64,000 nt of DNA from positions 1 through 64,000 of the IMG/VR virus record IMGVR_UViG_3300008963_000001; one strand, written 5' to 3'. Positions 8,297 to 16,652 of the stretch are shown here, piece after piece. Made by a program: the position numbers and the translations under genes. The notes beneath the pieces were generated by a model. The model did not search any database, had not been told where the DNA came from, and saw nothing but the letters and a program-made list of their open reading frames with translations. This DNA comes from a virus. The number at the start of each line of letters is the position of its first letter. Within the stretch, counting starts at the first letter, position 1.

Positions 8297-8325
8297 GATG
8301 AGACATCCTCGTCTATAACTCGGAG
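8297..8325 (+). ncRNA. Candidate compact cis-regulatory RNA (preQ1-I-like hairpin/pseudoknot) in the folE leader
   Basis: GAUGAG-ACAUC-CUCGUC hairpin followed by UAUAACUCGGAG overlapping the SD; alternative AGAC/GUCU stem whose loop UCC can pair with SD GGA. Confidence 0.35.
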
Positions 8326-8330
8326 AAACA

Positions 8331-9020
8331 ATGAAAAAATACGAAGAAATTATTCAGCGTTGCAAAAGCGCCGACAAGCGTTACTGGGCCGGAGACAATA
8401 TCTCCCGCTTGCTACAAAAAGGTGAGAAAGAACAGCTCATCGAAGAAGCTACAGAAGCATTTGAAACTGTTCTCGACACACTGATTATCGACCGTCACAA
8501 CGACCCCAACAGTAAAGGCACTGCGCGCCGTTTGGCCAAAATGTATTTCAATGAAATAATGGCAGGACGGTATGAACACTGTCCTGATGCAACTGCATTT
8601 CCCAACAACACCACAGACGAGCCGTATGATGGCATGTTGGTTGTTAGATCGGAGCTCAAAAGCATGTGCAGTCACCATCATCAGCCGGTAAGTGGTGTCG
8701 CTTATATAGGCATTCTTGCCGCTGATACTCTAATAGGTCTAAGCAAATACACCCGTATTGCACAATGGTGTGCTCGTCGAGGTACCCTACAGGAAGAGCT
8801 TGCTATGGAGATTGCTCGACAGATTATGCAGAACACTGGATCTAATGACGTAGGAGTTTACATCCAAGCTACGCACGGCTGTTGCGAAAACAGAGGAATT
8901 TCTGCGCACAGCAGTCTCACGCAAACAACAGTGTTAAAAGGCGCGTTTAAAGAGGACTCTGCTACTAAAAAAGAGTTTATGGATAATATCAAATTACAGC
9001 AAGAATTTGCTCCTAGATAA
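8331..9020 (+). CDS. folE: GTP cyclohydrolase I (type IA)
   Basis: 229 aa; TARRLAKMY, SMCSHHHQP, GLSKY, LQEEL, HGCCENRGI zinc and substrate motifs. Confidence 0.97.
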   Translation: MKKYEEIIQRCKSADKRYWAGDNISRLLQKGEKEQLIEEATEAFETVLDTLIIDRHNDPNSKGTARRLAKMYFNEIMAGRYEHCPDATAFPNNTTDEPYDGMLVVRSELKSMCSHHHQPVSGVAYIGILAADTLIGLSKYTRIAQWCARRGTLQEELAMEIARQIMQNTGSNDVGVYIQATHGCCENRGISAHSSLTQTTVLKGAFKEDSATKKEFMDNIKLQQEFAPR

Positions 9021-9057
9021 CTGTAACACAATGTAAAGGAACGCAGAGGATAGTAAA

Positions 9058-9504
9058 ATGTTTAAATTATTTTTAAAACTGCTTGATCGACTCGATAGAA
9101 AAAGAGTTATTACTGATAGAACAGGAAAGATCCCCTATCTTGTTAGATACTATTTGTTTCTCAAAGACAGGAAAAAGTTTCCCGTTAATGTAACTCTTCA
9201 CAAAGTTTTAGTTAGTGACGAGCCTACACTACACGATCATCCATGGGGATATGCTACATTTATTTTGAAAGGCGGTTATTACGAACACACACCAGAAGGA
9301 CGTTTTTGGAGAGGACCGGGACATTTTAGAATTCGCAGGCCCGACGATCTTCATTGGTTAGAGCTGCCTAGAAATACGGAAGGTAATGAAATTCCCTGTT
9401 GGAGTTTGTTTTTTATGGGGGAAAAGAAGCAGGATTGGGGATTCCTCAAAAACGGGGAATGGGTTCACAACGAAGTATATCTCAAGGAAAAATACAATGG
9501 TTAA
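9058..9504 (+). CDS. Cupin-fold protein
   Basis: 148 aa; LHDHPW...GGYYE and downstream LHWLEL cupin metal motifs; SD GAGG. Confidence 0.75.
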   Translation: MFKLFLKLLDRLDRKRVITDRTGKIPYLVRYYLFLKDRKKFPVNVTLHKVLVSDEPTLHDHPWGYATFILKGGYYEHTPEGRFWRGPGHFRIRRPDDLHWLELPRNTEGNEIPCWSLFFMGEKKQDWGFLKNGEWVHNEVYLKEKYNG

Positions 9505-10036
9505 GAAACACTATTACTCATGGCACGACATAGAAAACATGTGTGTAAATATTATTACTCAAATGTATGCCGATAACTGGCGGCCGGATTATATTGTCGG
9601 AATTACACGCGGCGGCAATGTTCCTGCTATAATTATATCTCATATGACTGGGATACGTTGCGAATCTTTGAAAATCAGCTTGCGTGACGGCGGTGGCGGA
9701 AGCGAAACCAACTGTTGGATGGCAGATGATGCTTTTGGATACGAATTCGACGAAGTCAACACTGAAAGTCGTACGGTTGATCCTAAAAAGATCTTAGTTG
9801 TAGACGACATAAACGACACAGGCGAAACTTTTAATTGGCTGATGCAAGATTGGGAATCGTCATGCAGACCGCAGGACGAACGCTGGCAATCAATTTGGGG
9901 TGACTCGGTAAGATTTGCAGTGCTTACGGAGAACCTATCTAGTCGTTTTGATCACGTGAATTACAGTGTGCACGAAGTCAACAAGGCGGAAGAAGATGTC
10001 TGGCTTTGCTATCCCTGGGAGGTGGTGGGGAAATGA
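9497..10036 (+). CDS. Purine phosphoribosyltransferase (Gpt/XGPRT-like)
   Basis: Start reassigned to ATG 9497; IVGITRGG and PRPP-binding motif ILVVDDINDTGET; C-terminal WLCYPWE. Confidence 0.9.
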   Translation: MVKKHYYSWHDIENMCVNIITQMYADNWRPDYIVGITRGGNVPAIIISHMTGIRCESLKISLRDGGGGSETNCWMADDAFGYEFDEVNTESRTVDPKKILVVDDINDTGETFNWLMQDWESSCRPQDERWQSIWGDSVRFAVLTENLSSRFDHVNYSVHEVNKAEEDVWLCYPWEVVGK

Positions 10037-10218
10037 ACAAATATGCAATTAGAATTCCCTTTGACGGCGACTACATTTTAGTTACCGAGGGAAACTGGAA
10101 TGACATTAAAGTTCGTACGTTTGATACCGAAGAAGAAGCAGAAGATCATGCCCGAATTTGGGGGGCTTCCGCAGAAGTTGTTGAGATTACCGAAGACAAG
10201 AACGACGATGAACGTTAA
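10033..10218 (+). CDS. Hypothetical protein
   Basis: Start reassigned to ATG 10033 (ATGA overlap with PRTase stop); MNKYAIRIPF... Confidence 0.65.
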   Translation: MNKYAIRIPFDGDYILVTEGNWNDIKVRTFDTEEEAEDHARIWGASAEVVEITEDKNDDER

Positions 10219-10576
10219 AGACACGCCGTGGTCAGATCCTCTGTGGGAAACCGATAGTTTTTTTGTATTTAAAGACGGGTTTCCCGTAACCAAAGGACAT
10301 TTACTTTTTGTACCAAAACACGACACGCCCTTGAGTATTTCGTCATGCTTGTATGCTGCATATAATCACGGCGAACAAATGATCGGCATGGGAGAGTGCG
10401 AAGGGTTTAACGTAGGTATGAATGTGGGAGAATCTGCTGGTCAAACCGTTATGTATCCGCACATTCATCTTATTCCTAGACGCACGGGCGACATGCAAGA
10501 CCCTAGGGGTGGTGTAAGACATGTAATTCCTGCTAAAGGAAATTACAAAATTGACAGTGCACACGAAAGGTGTTAA
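10208..10576 (+). CDS. HIT-family nucleotide hydrolase
   Basis: Start reassigned to ATG 10208; DGFPVTKGHLLFVPK, GFNVGMNVGESAGQTVMYPHIHLIPR (first His of the triad replaced by Tyr). Confidence 0.9.
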   Translation: MNVKDTPWSDPLWETDSFFVFKDGFPVTKGHLLFVPKHDTPLSISSCLYAAYNHGEQMIGMGECEGFNVGMNVGESAGQTVMYPHIHLIPRRTGDMQDPRGGVRHVIPAKGNYKIDSAHERC

Positions 10577-10585
10577 CATACTACT

Positions 10586-11437
10586 ATGAGTAAAATTAAA
10601 ATAGCAGAGCTGTTCTACAGTATTCAAGGTGAAGGTCGCTACATGGGTGTTCCTTCTATTTTCTTACGCACATTCGGTTGTAATTTTACATGCTCAGGCT
10701 TTAACATGCCTAAAGGCGAAAAAAGTATCGAAGCAGACGAGATTGCAAAACAAGTAGACGAGTACAACAGCTACGAAGAGTTGCCTATTATTAATACAGG
10801 ATGCGATTCATATGCATCTTGGCATCCAAAGTTTAAACATCTTTCGCCGCTTATGGAATCAGATGCTATTGCAGAAAAAATAGCCGAGTTGCTTCCTTTT
10901 AAACGGTGGGAGGACGAGCATCTTATTCTCACTGGCGGCGAGCCGTTGTTGGGCTGGCAAAAATCTTTTCCGGATCTGTTAGAGCATCCGAAGATGGCAG
11001 GTTTAAAAGCAATTACATTTGAGACTAACGGCACTCAGCCTTTGCATGATAATTTTAAAGATTATTTGCGCAAGTGGTTAGATGACGGGAAAGGCGAAAA
11101 AGAGATTACTTTTTCCGTAAGTGCAAAACTCAGCTGTTCAGGCGAATCTAGAGAAAAGGCCATCAAGCCAGAGGTTGTATGTGAGTATGAGGACTTTGGC
11201 CCAACATTCCTCAAGTTTGTAGTTGCAACACAAGAAGATGCAGAAGAAGCACTAGAAACTACTGATATATATCGTGCAGAAGGCTTTAAGGGTCATACCT
11301 ATCTCATGCCTGTAGGTGGTACTGCTGATGTTTACAATCTTAACAATCGACAGGTAGCTAAATTTGCAATGGAAAATGGCTTACGATATTCAGATAGATT
11401 GCAAGTTCCGCTGTTTGAAAATGAGTGGGGTACATAA
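10586..11437 (+). CDS. queE: 7-carboxy-7-deazaguanine synthase (radical SAM)
   Basis: 283 aa; ELFYSIQGEG, FLRTFGCN, LTGGEPLL, ETNGT, SVSAKL, YLMP, DRLQ; cluster motif CX3CX36C. Confidence 0.92.
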   Translation: MSKIKIAELFYSIQGEGRYMGVPSIFLRTFGCNFTCSGFNMPKGEKSIEADEIAKQVDEYNSYEELPIINTGCDSYASWHPKFKHLSPLMESDAIAEKIAELLPFKRWEDEHLILTGGEPLLGWQKSFPDLLEHPKMAGLKAITFETNGTQPLHDNFKDYLRKWLDDGKGEKEITFSVSAKLSCSGESREKAIKPEVVCEYEDFGPTFLKFVVATQEDAEEALETTDIYRAEGFKGHTYLMPVGGTADVYNLNNRQVAKFAMENGLRYSDRLQVPLFENEWGT

Positions 11438-11832
11438 TGAAGTGGTTAGAGCGCTTAACAGGCTTAGATAAAGTAAAACAAGAAGCACAAGAAAAAATTA
11501 ACGAAGCAGAAGCCATGCTGGAAAAGGCAGAGGAAAAAACTCTGTCGCCAAAAGAAAAGGCAACACGAAAGAAACAGCCTTGGGTCGGAGTTATTGACAC
11601 ACATGTCAACCAAGAAAACGTTCGGAATGGTTTTTTTGAACTGGACTGGAACAAGTATTTTATTGATGTGCTTCGTCAACAGGGTTATGGTCTAGATGGG
11701 GACTCCGACGAGGACATTGTAGATAGATGGTTTAGAGAACTTTGTGCTAATGTTGTTGTAGACGGAGATCTTGGTGGGCAGATCGACACAGGCATGATAG
11801 ACGTTGGAGCGGTAAAGAGAGATAATACATGA
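11437..11832 (+). CDS. Conserved hypothetical phage protein
   Basis: Start reassigned to ATG 11437 (TAATG); GFFELDWN and IVDRWF motifs. Confidence 0.75.
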   Translation: MKWLERLTGLDKVKQEAQEKINEAEAMLEKAEEKTLSPKEKATRKKQPWVGVIDTHVNQENVRNGFFELDWNKYFIDVLRQQGYGLDGDSDEDIVDRWFRELCANVVVDGDLGGQIDTGMIDVGAVKRDNT

Positions 11833-12827
11833 CATACATTCTTGTAGATACAGCAAATACTTTCTTTAGAGCACGGCATGTAATAAGAGGCGATGCCGAC
11901 ATTAAAGTAGGTATGGCATTTCATATTACTTTAAATTCTATAAGAAAAGCGTGGCAAGACTTCGATGGCAGTCATGTAGTATTCTGTTTAGAAGGCCGCA
12001 GTTGGCGTAAAGATTACTACGAGCCTTACAAGAGAAATCGTTCAGACGCACGAGCCGCTCTTACAGAAAAAGAACAAGAAGAAGATAAGATTTTTTGGGA
12101 AGCTTTCGATACCTTTAAAGATTTTATTAGCGATAAGACAAACTGTACAGTTTTACAACATAAACAATTAGAAGCAGACGACTTAATTGCAGGATGGATT
12201 CAGCAGCATCCCAACGACGATCACGTGATTATAAGCACAGACTCTGATTTTGCACAACTAATTGCATCCAATGTAAAACAGTACAACGGTGTGCAGGAAA
12301 TTACAACCACACACGAAGGGTATTTTGATGCCAAGGGCGGGCCTGTCGTTGATAAAAAAACAAAAGAAGCAAAGCCGGCACCAGACCCCGACTGGCTTTT
12401 GTTTGAGAAGTGTATTAGAGGCGATACAAGCGACAATGTTTTTTCTGCTTATCCGGGTGTAAGAAAGAAAGGAAGCAAGAACAAAGTAGGACTTATTGAA
12501 GCATACGAAGATAAGAATTCAAAAGGATTTAATTGGAACAATTTAATGTTACAGCGCTGGGTTGATCATAACGGCGAAGAGCATCGTGTGCTTGACGACT
12601 ATGAGAGAAATCGCAAACTTATTGATCTAACTGCTCAACCTGACAACATCAAAGAGATAATTAAAAACACCATCGACGAAGCTACAGGCAATGCAAAATC
12701 TGTAAGCCAAGTCGGTATACGTTTAATGAAATTTTGCCACGTTTGGGATCTACAAAAGATTTCCGATCAGGCACAAAGCTATGCAGAACCATTAAACGCA
12801 AAATATGGGCAGAAGGAAACAGCATGA
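11829..12827 (+). CDS. rnh: RNase H / 5'-3' flap endonuclease (T4 rnh-like)
   Basis: 332 aa; VDTANTFFR, EADDLIA, STDSDFAQL, GDTSDNV acidic motifs. Confidence 0.92.
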   Translation: MTYILVDTANTFFRARHVIRGDADIKVGMAFHITLNSIRKAWQDFDGSHVVFCLEGRSWRKDYYEPYKRNRSDARAALTEKEQEEDKIFWEAFDTFKDFISDKTNCTVLQHKQLEADDLIAGWIQQHPNDDHVIISTDSDFAQLIASNVKQYNGVQEITTTHEGYFDAKGGPVVDKKTKEAKPAPDPDWLLFEKCIRGDTSDNVFSAYPGVRKKGSKNKVGLIEAYEDKNSKGFNWNNLMLQRWVDHNGEEHRVLDDYERNRKLIDLTAQPDNIKEIIKNTIDEATGNAKSVSQVGIRLMKFCHVWDLQKISDQAQSYAEPLNAKYGQKETA

Positions 12828-13297
12828 CAGATATACACGCAAAACCAGTAATTGATAAAAAATTCTGGATTGTAGAAAAAGACGGAACAAAATTAGCTAC
12901 TCTTAGAAAAAACGAAGATAACAGATATGTTATGAGCAACGAGTCTGGAGTAGAAATTTTTAATAACGAAGAGAGCGTTATAGACAAGTTCGGTGAAAAC
13001 TTTTTCGTAAGCAAGGTAATTGGAGAAACAGGGGAAGAACCGCAGGAAGTGCACGGCTTTCCAGCAAGCACAGCACCTCATAACTCTATGTTCGACATAA
13101 AGAGAAGATTGCCTTTGTTTACAAAAAGCAAAGATTCAAAAAGCCTGTACTGTGCAGGTTATTATTTGATTCGGTTTGACAAAGGATGGGTGAAGAGCTT
13201 TTGCCCAAAACTAATAACTGTTCAAAGGTACGATTATAGAGGACCTTTTAAAACTGATTTAGAAATGAAACAGGCTCTGTCAAATGTCTCAAGGTAA
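12824..13297 (+). CDS. Conserved hypothetical phage protein
   Basis: Start reassigned to ATG 12824 (ATGA overlap); SLYCAGYY, SFCPKLIT motifs. Confidence 0.8.
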   Translation: MTDIHAKPVIDKKFWIVEKDGTKLATLRKNEDNRYVMSNESGVEIFNNEESVIDKFGENFFVSKVIGETGEEPQEVHGFPASTAPHNSMFDIKRRLPLFTKSKDSKSLYCAGYYLIRFDKGWVKSFCPKLITVQRYDYRGPFKTDLEMKQALSNVSR

Positions 13298-13532
13298 TAT
13301 TCCTGCAACACAACCTGCAATTGAGAAATTTATTAGACGAGTGTCTAGTGCCGATAAGTCCAATCAAAAAGAAATCCGTATGACCATACAGGAAGCAAGA
13401 GACCTAGTTCAAGATCTTGCCTTAATATCCAGTAACCTCGGAAAAGTTGTAGCACAAATTAACAACTCACTGTCCGAAATACAAAAAAGTTCAACTGAAG
13501 TAGACATTAAATTTGACGGAGGCGGTTTCTAA
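13284..13532 (+). CDS. Hypothetical protein
   Basis: 82 aa helical ORF ending DGGGF, in the operon. Confidence 0.75.
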   Translation: MSQGNIPATQPAIEKFIRRVSSADKSNQKEIRMTIQEARDLVQDLALISSNLGKVVAQINNSLSEIQKSSTEVDIKFDGGGF

Positions 13533-13537
13533 CAAGA

Positions 13538-13569
13538 TAAATAACTACGCACATAACTAGGATGCGTAG
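13538..13569 (+). promoter_or_regulatory. TAAATA late box followed by an SD-containing hairpin
   Basis: TAAATA 13538-13543; perfect 7-bp stem CTACGCA(13545-51)/TGCGTAG(13563-69) with loop CATAACTAGGA. Confidence 0.6.
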
Positions 13570-13574
13570 AAAAA

Positions 13575-13859
13575 ATGAGTAGACCTAAACCGACAGTGAT
13601 TTTAGAACACGCGAACAAAGAAAATTACAAAATAGAACAGATACTCGAAAGCGAAGCGATTTGGGCTGTTTTCTACAAAGGAAAACCGTTCAATCTAAAA
13701 AGCGGAAGTTTGCTGTCGAGCTATCCAGGACCTAAATACAAAAAAGTAAGTTTTAGCAATCCGGGACATGCAAGAAATCTAGCTAAAAAACTCAACGATT
13801 TGTTTAAAACAAACGACTTTAGTGTTTACAAACTAACCTCAGGAGAAGAGGAAAAATAA
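13575..13859 (+). CDS. Conserved hypothetical phage protein
   Basis: 94 aa; IWAVFY, PGPKYKKVSFSNPGHA motifs. Confidence 0.8.
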   Translation: MSRPKPTVILEHANKENYKIEQILESEAIWAVFYKGKPFNLKSGSLLSSYPGPKYKKVSFSNPGHARNLAKKLNDLFKTNDFSVYKLTSGEEEK

Positions 13860-14246
13860 ATGGATGTCAAAGATCAGCTAGTGGCTACATTTATGCAGGC
13901 TGCAGGCGATGATCATACAGACACTCGCAAAGCAAAAAAGAATAAAATAGATTGGTTTTATAATATAAGACCAGATGGTGGTTTAAGATTAACTGAATTT
14001 GGTTTTAAGTATTTAACAATTAAAGCAGAATTAAAATCTTATAAGGTAGATTTACCAAAAGACTTTTCAATAACTCCGCAGGTACTAGTATGGCTAGACA
14101 ATTTTATAGAATCTCCCTACTATCTAACAAAAAAACATATTACAGTATTCAAAGAGAGTTCTGCATTTGAATTATATCTGTTTTCCGGTGACATACGCAA
14201 ATACGGTTACAATAAAGCACTAGCAAAAAGATTAATCCAAGATTAA
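13860..14246 (+). CDS. Hypothetical protein
   Basis: 128 aa; GGLRLTEFG suggests a winged-helix-like element. Confidence 0.75.
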   Translation: MDVKDQLVATFMQAAGDDHTDTRKAKKNKIDWFYNIRPDGGLRLTEFGFKYLTIKAELKSYKVDLPKDFSITPQVLVWLDNFIESPYYLTKKHITVFKESSAFELYLFSGDIRKYGYNKALAKRLIQD

Positions 14247-14276
14247 TTATAGTAGCAGTTAATATAGGTAAATATT

Positions 14277-14546
14277 TTGGAAACGAACTTATCGCCATTG
14301 GACATTTTAAATCAAAGAAGAATGAATTTTTTACCTGTTCATTTTTCTGTAACAGAAGTACCCGAAGCACATAAAAGCGATATCAGGCTTTGGATACAGA
14401 ATAGATTACATGGCAGGTATTTTTTAGGAACACGTCCTATTGTAAGTTCGAAAAACAAATTGGTAACACCTACAGTAGTAGGGTTTGAAGACAAGAAAGA
14501 ATTAACATATTTTATGTTGGCATGCCCGTTTCAAAGGAGAAAATAA
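14277..14546 (+). CDS. Hypothetical protein
   Basis: 89 aa from TTG 14277 (alternative ATG 14322); TAAATA at 14269-14274 upstream. Confidence 0.65.
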   Translation: METNLSPLDILNQRRMNFLPVHFSVTEVPEAHKSDIRLWIQNRLHGRYFLGTRPIVSSKNKLVTPTVVGFEDKKELTYFMLACPFQRRK

Positions 14547-14779
14547 TGGAAGAGCAAAACGTCGATACAAACGAAGTCGAAAACACCGAACAGCAGCCTG
14601 CAGAAGGTCAGCAGCCCGCAGACTTAAATATCAGCGATTTAGCCGCTCTGAAAAGCATTGTAGAAATTGCAACACAGCGCGGCGCATTTAGAGCAAACGA
14701 GCTCGAAGCTGTAGGCAAAACTTTTAACAAGCTAGAAACATTCCTACAGACTGTTTCATCAGCACAAAAGGAAGAATAA
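14546..14779 (+). CDS. Small acidic hypothetical protein
   Basis: Start reassigned to ATG 14546 (SD AGGAG); RGAFRANEL motif. Confidence 0.8.
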   Translation: MEEQNVDTNEVENTEQQPAEGQQPADLNISDLAALKSIVEIATQRGAFRANELEAVGKTFNKLETFLQTVSSAQKEE

Positions 14780-15420
14780 TGAAAGCAATTAAACACACCG
14801 GCAAAATGAAGAACACGGGAAGCAAAGTTCTTGTAGCATTTAGAACACTTCCCGGAGAAAGCGACAAAGCATTGGTATTTAGAGTAGATACTCTACCCGA
14901 TTCCTATCACGATGCTCTTATGGATATGATCGAAACTGAACAGGTGCAACAGGCATTTGAACTGGGAGAAATGTTGTTTATTAGGAGTTTTCCAGACGGT
15001 AGACCTATGTTGCAGGCGCTTCGCGCAGATGATAGGTTGAAGAAGGTATCTACTGATGATGTCCTAATGACGCCGAATCCCACTTCTGAAGTTGTGCTAT
15101 CAGAGCTTAACAAAATGATTGCAGAGCAAAAGAATATAGCAGTCGATGACCTTTATACTTTTGTTAAGGGGGCGCCGAAAAAAGAAGAAGTGGAAGCTAG
15201 CAATAACACTGTTGCAACTGCGGAAACTTTACCATCCGACGAGCCAGCACCAGTTGCTGCAGACGCAGGTGAAGTTCTCGACGATGCAGCTCTTGCAAAG
15301 TCTTACCGCAGTCAGGCAGACGCTATGTACAAGGAAGCGGCTAGATTAAGAAGAGAAGCAGACGAACTAGATCCGCCTAAGAAGAAGACTACTAAAAAAT
15401 CATCAAAAGAGGAAGCTTAG
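14779..15420 (+). CDS. Conserved hypothetical phage protein
   Basis: 213 aa, TAATG-coupled; C-terminal predicted helix and basic tail. Confidence 0.8.
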   Translation: MKAIKHTGKMKNTGSKVLVAFRTLPGESDKALVFRVDTLPDSYHDALMDMIETEQVQQAFELGEMLFIRSFPDGRPMLQALRADDRLKKVSTDDVLMTPNPTSEVVLSELNKMIAEQKNIAVDDLYTFVKGAPKKEEVEASNNTVATAETLPSDEPAPVAADAGEVLDDAALAKSYRSQADAMYKEAARLRREADELDPPKKKTTKKSSKEEA

Positions 15421-15432
15421 AGCTTCCTTTTT
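15405..15432. terminator. Bidirectional Rho-independent terminator between convergent genes
   Basis: AAAAG-AGGAAGCT-tag-AGCTTCCT-TTTT; A-run left, T-run right. Confidence 0.8.
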
Positions 15433-16652
15433 CGTGTGTTTCCGTAATGAATTACTTTGCTCGCATGCGAGTAGAATTTCCTCCATGGATCGACCACTAT
15501 GCTGCCTATAGGAATAGTGCAGTATAATTCGTCTTTAGCTTGATTCTTTTGCCCGGTATATTCATAAGTAACTTCAGCAGAATGCGCCATTAGAAACACT
15601 CCGGGATCCCTCGGTTCGTAATCATCTCCTGTGTACGGATCTATATAGGTAGGGGTAAAGCCGTGCTCCTTACAATAGTGCCCGACTAACAGGCTATAAC
15701 TCCCGTCTAAATAAGGAACTTTAGGCTTATACGCTTTGCCATGAATGTATATGGGCATGTTTTCTTCGTTGGCAATGTCAATTAAAAATTTAGCAAGATT
15801 CTCTGCTTGTGTTTCTCTCGCGCTCATAATAGCATCGAATAGATCATATCCTAGGTCCAGCTCTTGTGCCATGTATCTAAGCGCAATATTGTCTCTAGGA
15901 TGACATGCTCCGCCGTCTCCCATACCAGCAGTCATATACTGTGGGCTCATAATTCGCATCTTAGACTGCGCTAGAGCGTCTGTAACGACATCTACGTTAA
16001 TATTGCCCTGTTGCATAGCCACGTCTTGAATCATGTTAACAAGGCTTACTTTGGCGCTTATAAAGGTATTGTAAAATACTTTGATACACTCGCATTCGTC
16101 GTATGTACCTATAACATAACGAGGATCGTTTTCCATTATAGTATCATAAAATTGCTTCAACTGTTTTGCATCACCTGTTTCTTTACCGTCGTCGGTGCCT
16201 ATCATAATCATCTCAGGATTGATCATATCCCATGCTACCGATCCCATTGCAATTAGATAAGGATTATATACAAAACGAGTGTTTGTGGCTTTAAGGACAA
16301 ATTCTCTTCGAACAGTGCCGGGAAGCACTGTAGATATTAGAACCAACAATTGATCGTTGTTCATGTGTGTATTGGCTTCGGTTAATACTTCGTTGACTAT
16401 ATTGTAACTAAAATCCCTAGGCTCTAAATGTGCAGTAGGTGCACTTCCGTCGTAGTCTTTATCGTGAGGAGTAGGCACGGCTACAAAAACAATATCAACA
16501 TCGTCGACACAATCTTTAATACTATCAACAATGTCGACTTTATCGCTTGTATACTTTTCAATGTCATATCCTTTTACAGTGTGACCTTTGTCTACTATTG
16601 CCTCTGCGCAGGGCATGCCTAATTTGCCTATTCCGATATAGCCAATATGCAT
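15417..16652 (-). CDS. ugd: UDP-glucose/GDP-mannose 6-dehydrogenase family
   Basis: Rossmann GYIGIGKLG, VAVPTP, STVLPGT, YNP, KVFYNTF, catalytic GDGGACHPRD; start reassigned to ATG 16652 behind SD GGAGG. Confidence 0.93.
   Translation of the reverse strand: MHIGYIGIGKLGMPCAEAIVDKGHTVKGYDIEKYTSDKVDIVDSIKDCVDDVDIVFVAVPTPHDKDYDGSAPTAHLEPRDFSYNIVNEVLTEANTHMNNDQLLVLISTVLPGTVRREFVLKATNTRFVYNPYLIAMGSVAWDMINPEMIMIGTDDGKETGDAKQLKQFYDTIMENDPRYVIGTYDECECIKVFYNTFISAKVSLVNMIQDVAMQQGNINVDVVTDALAQSKMRIMSPQYMTAGMGDGGACHPRDNIALRYMAQELDLGYDLFDAIMSARETQAENLAKFLIDIANEENMPIYIHGKAYKPKVPYLDGSYSLLVGHYCKEHGFTPTYIDPYTGDDYEPRDPGVFLMAHSAEVTYEYTGQKNQAKDELYCTIPIGSIVVDPWRKFYSHASKVIHYGNTRKRKL

Noticed and set aside
8297-8325. 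Canonical preQ1-I or THF-II (folE motif) riboswitch
   Set aside because: The loop is too short for canonical preQ1-I and the THF-II consensus is not present; reported only as a candidate variant.
9386-12823. Long N-terminal extensions in the ORF track (starts 9386, 10006, 10100, 11425, 12734)
   Set aside because: Downstream ATGs coupled to the previous gene's stop or carrying SDs (9497, 10033, 10208, 11437, 12824) are more plausible starts.
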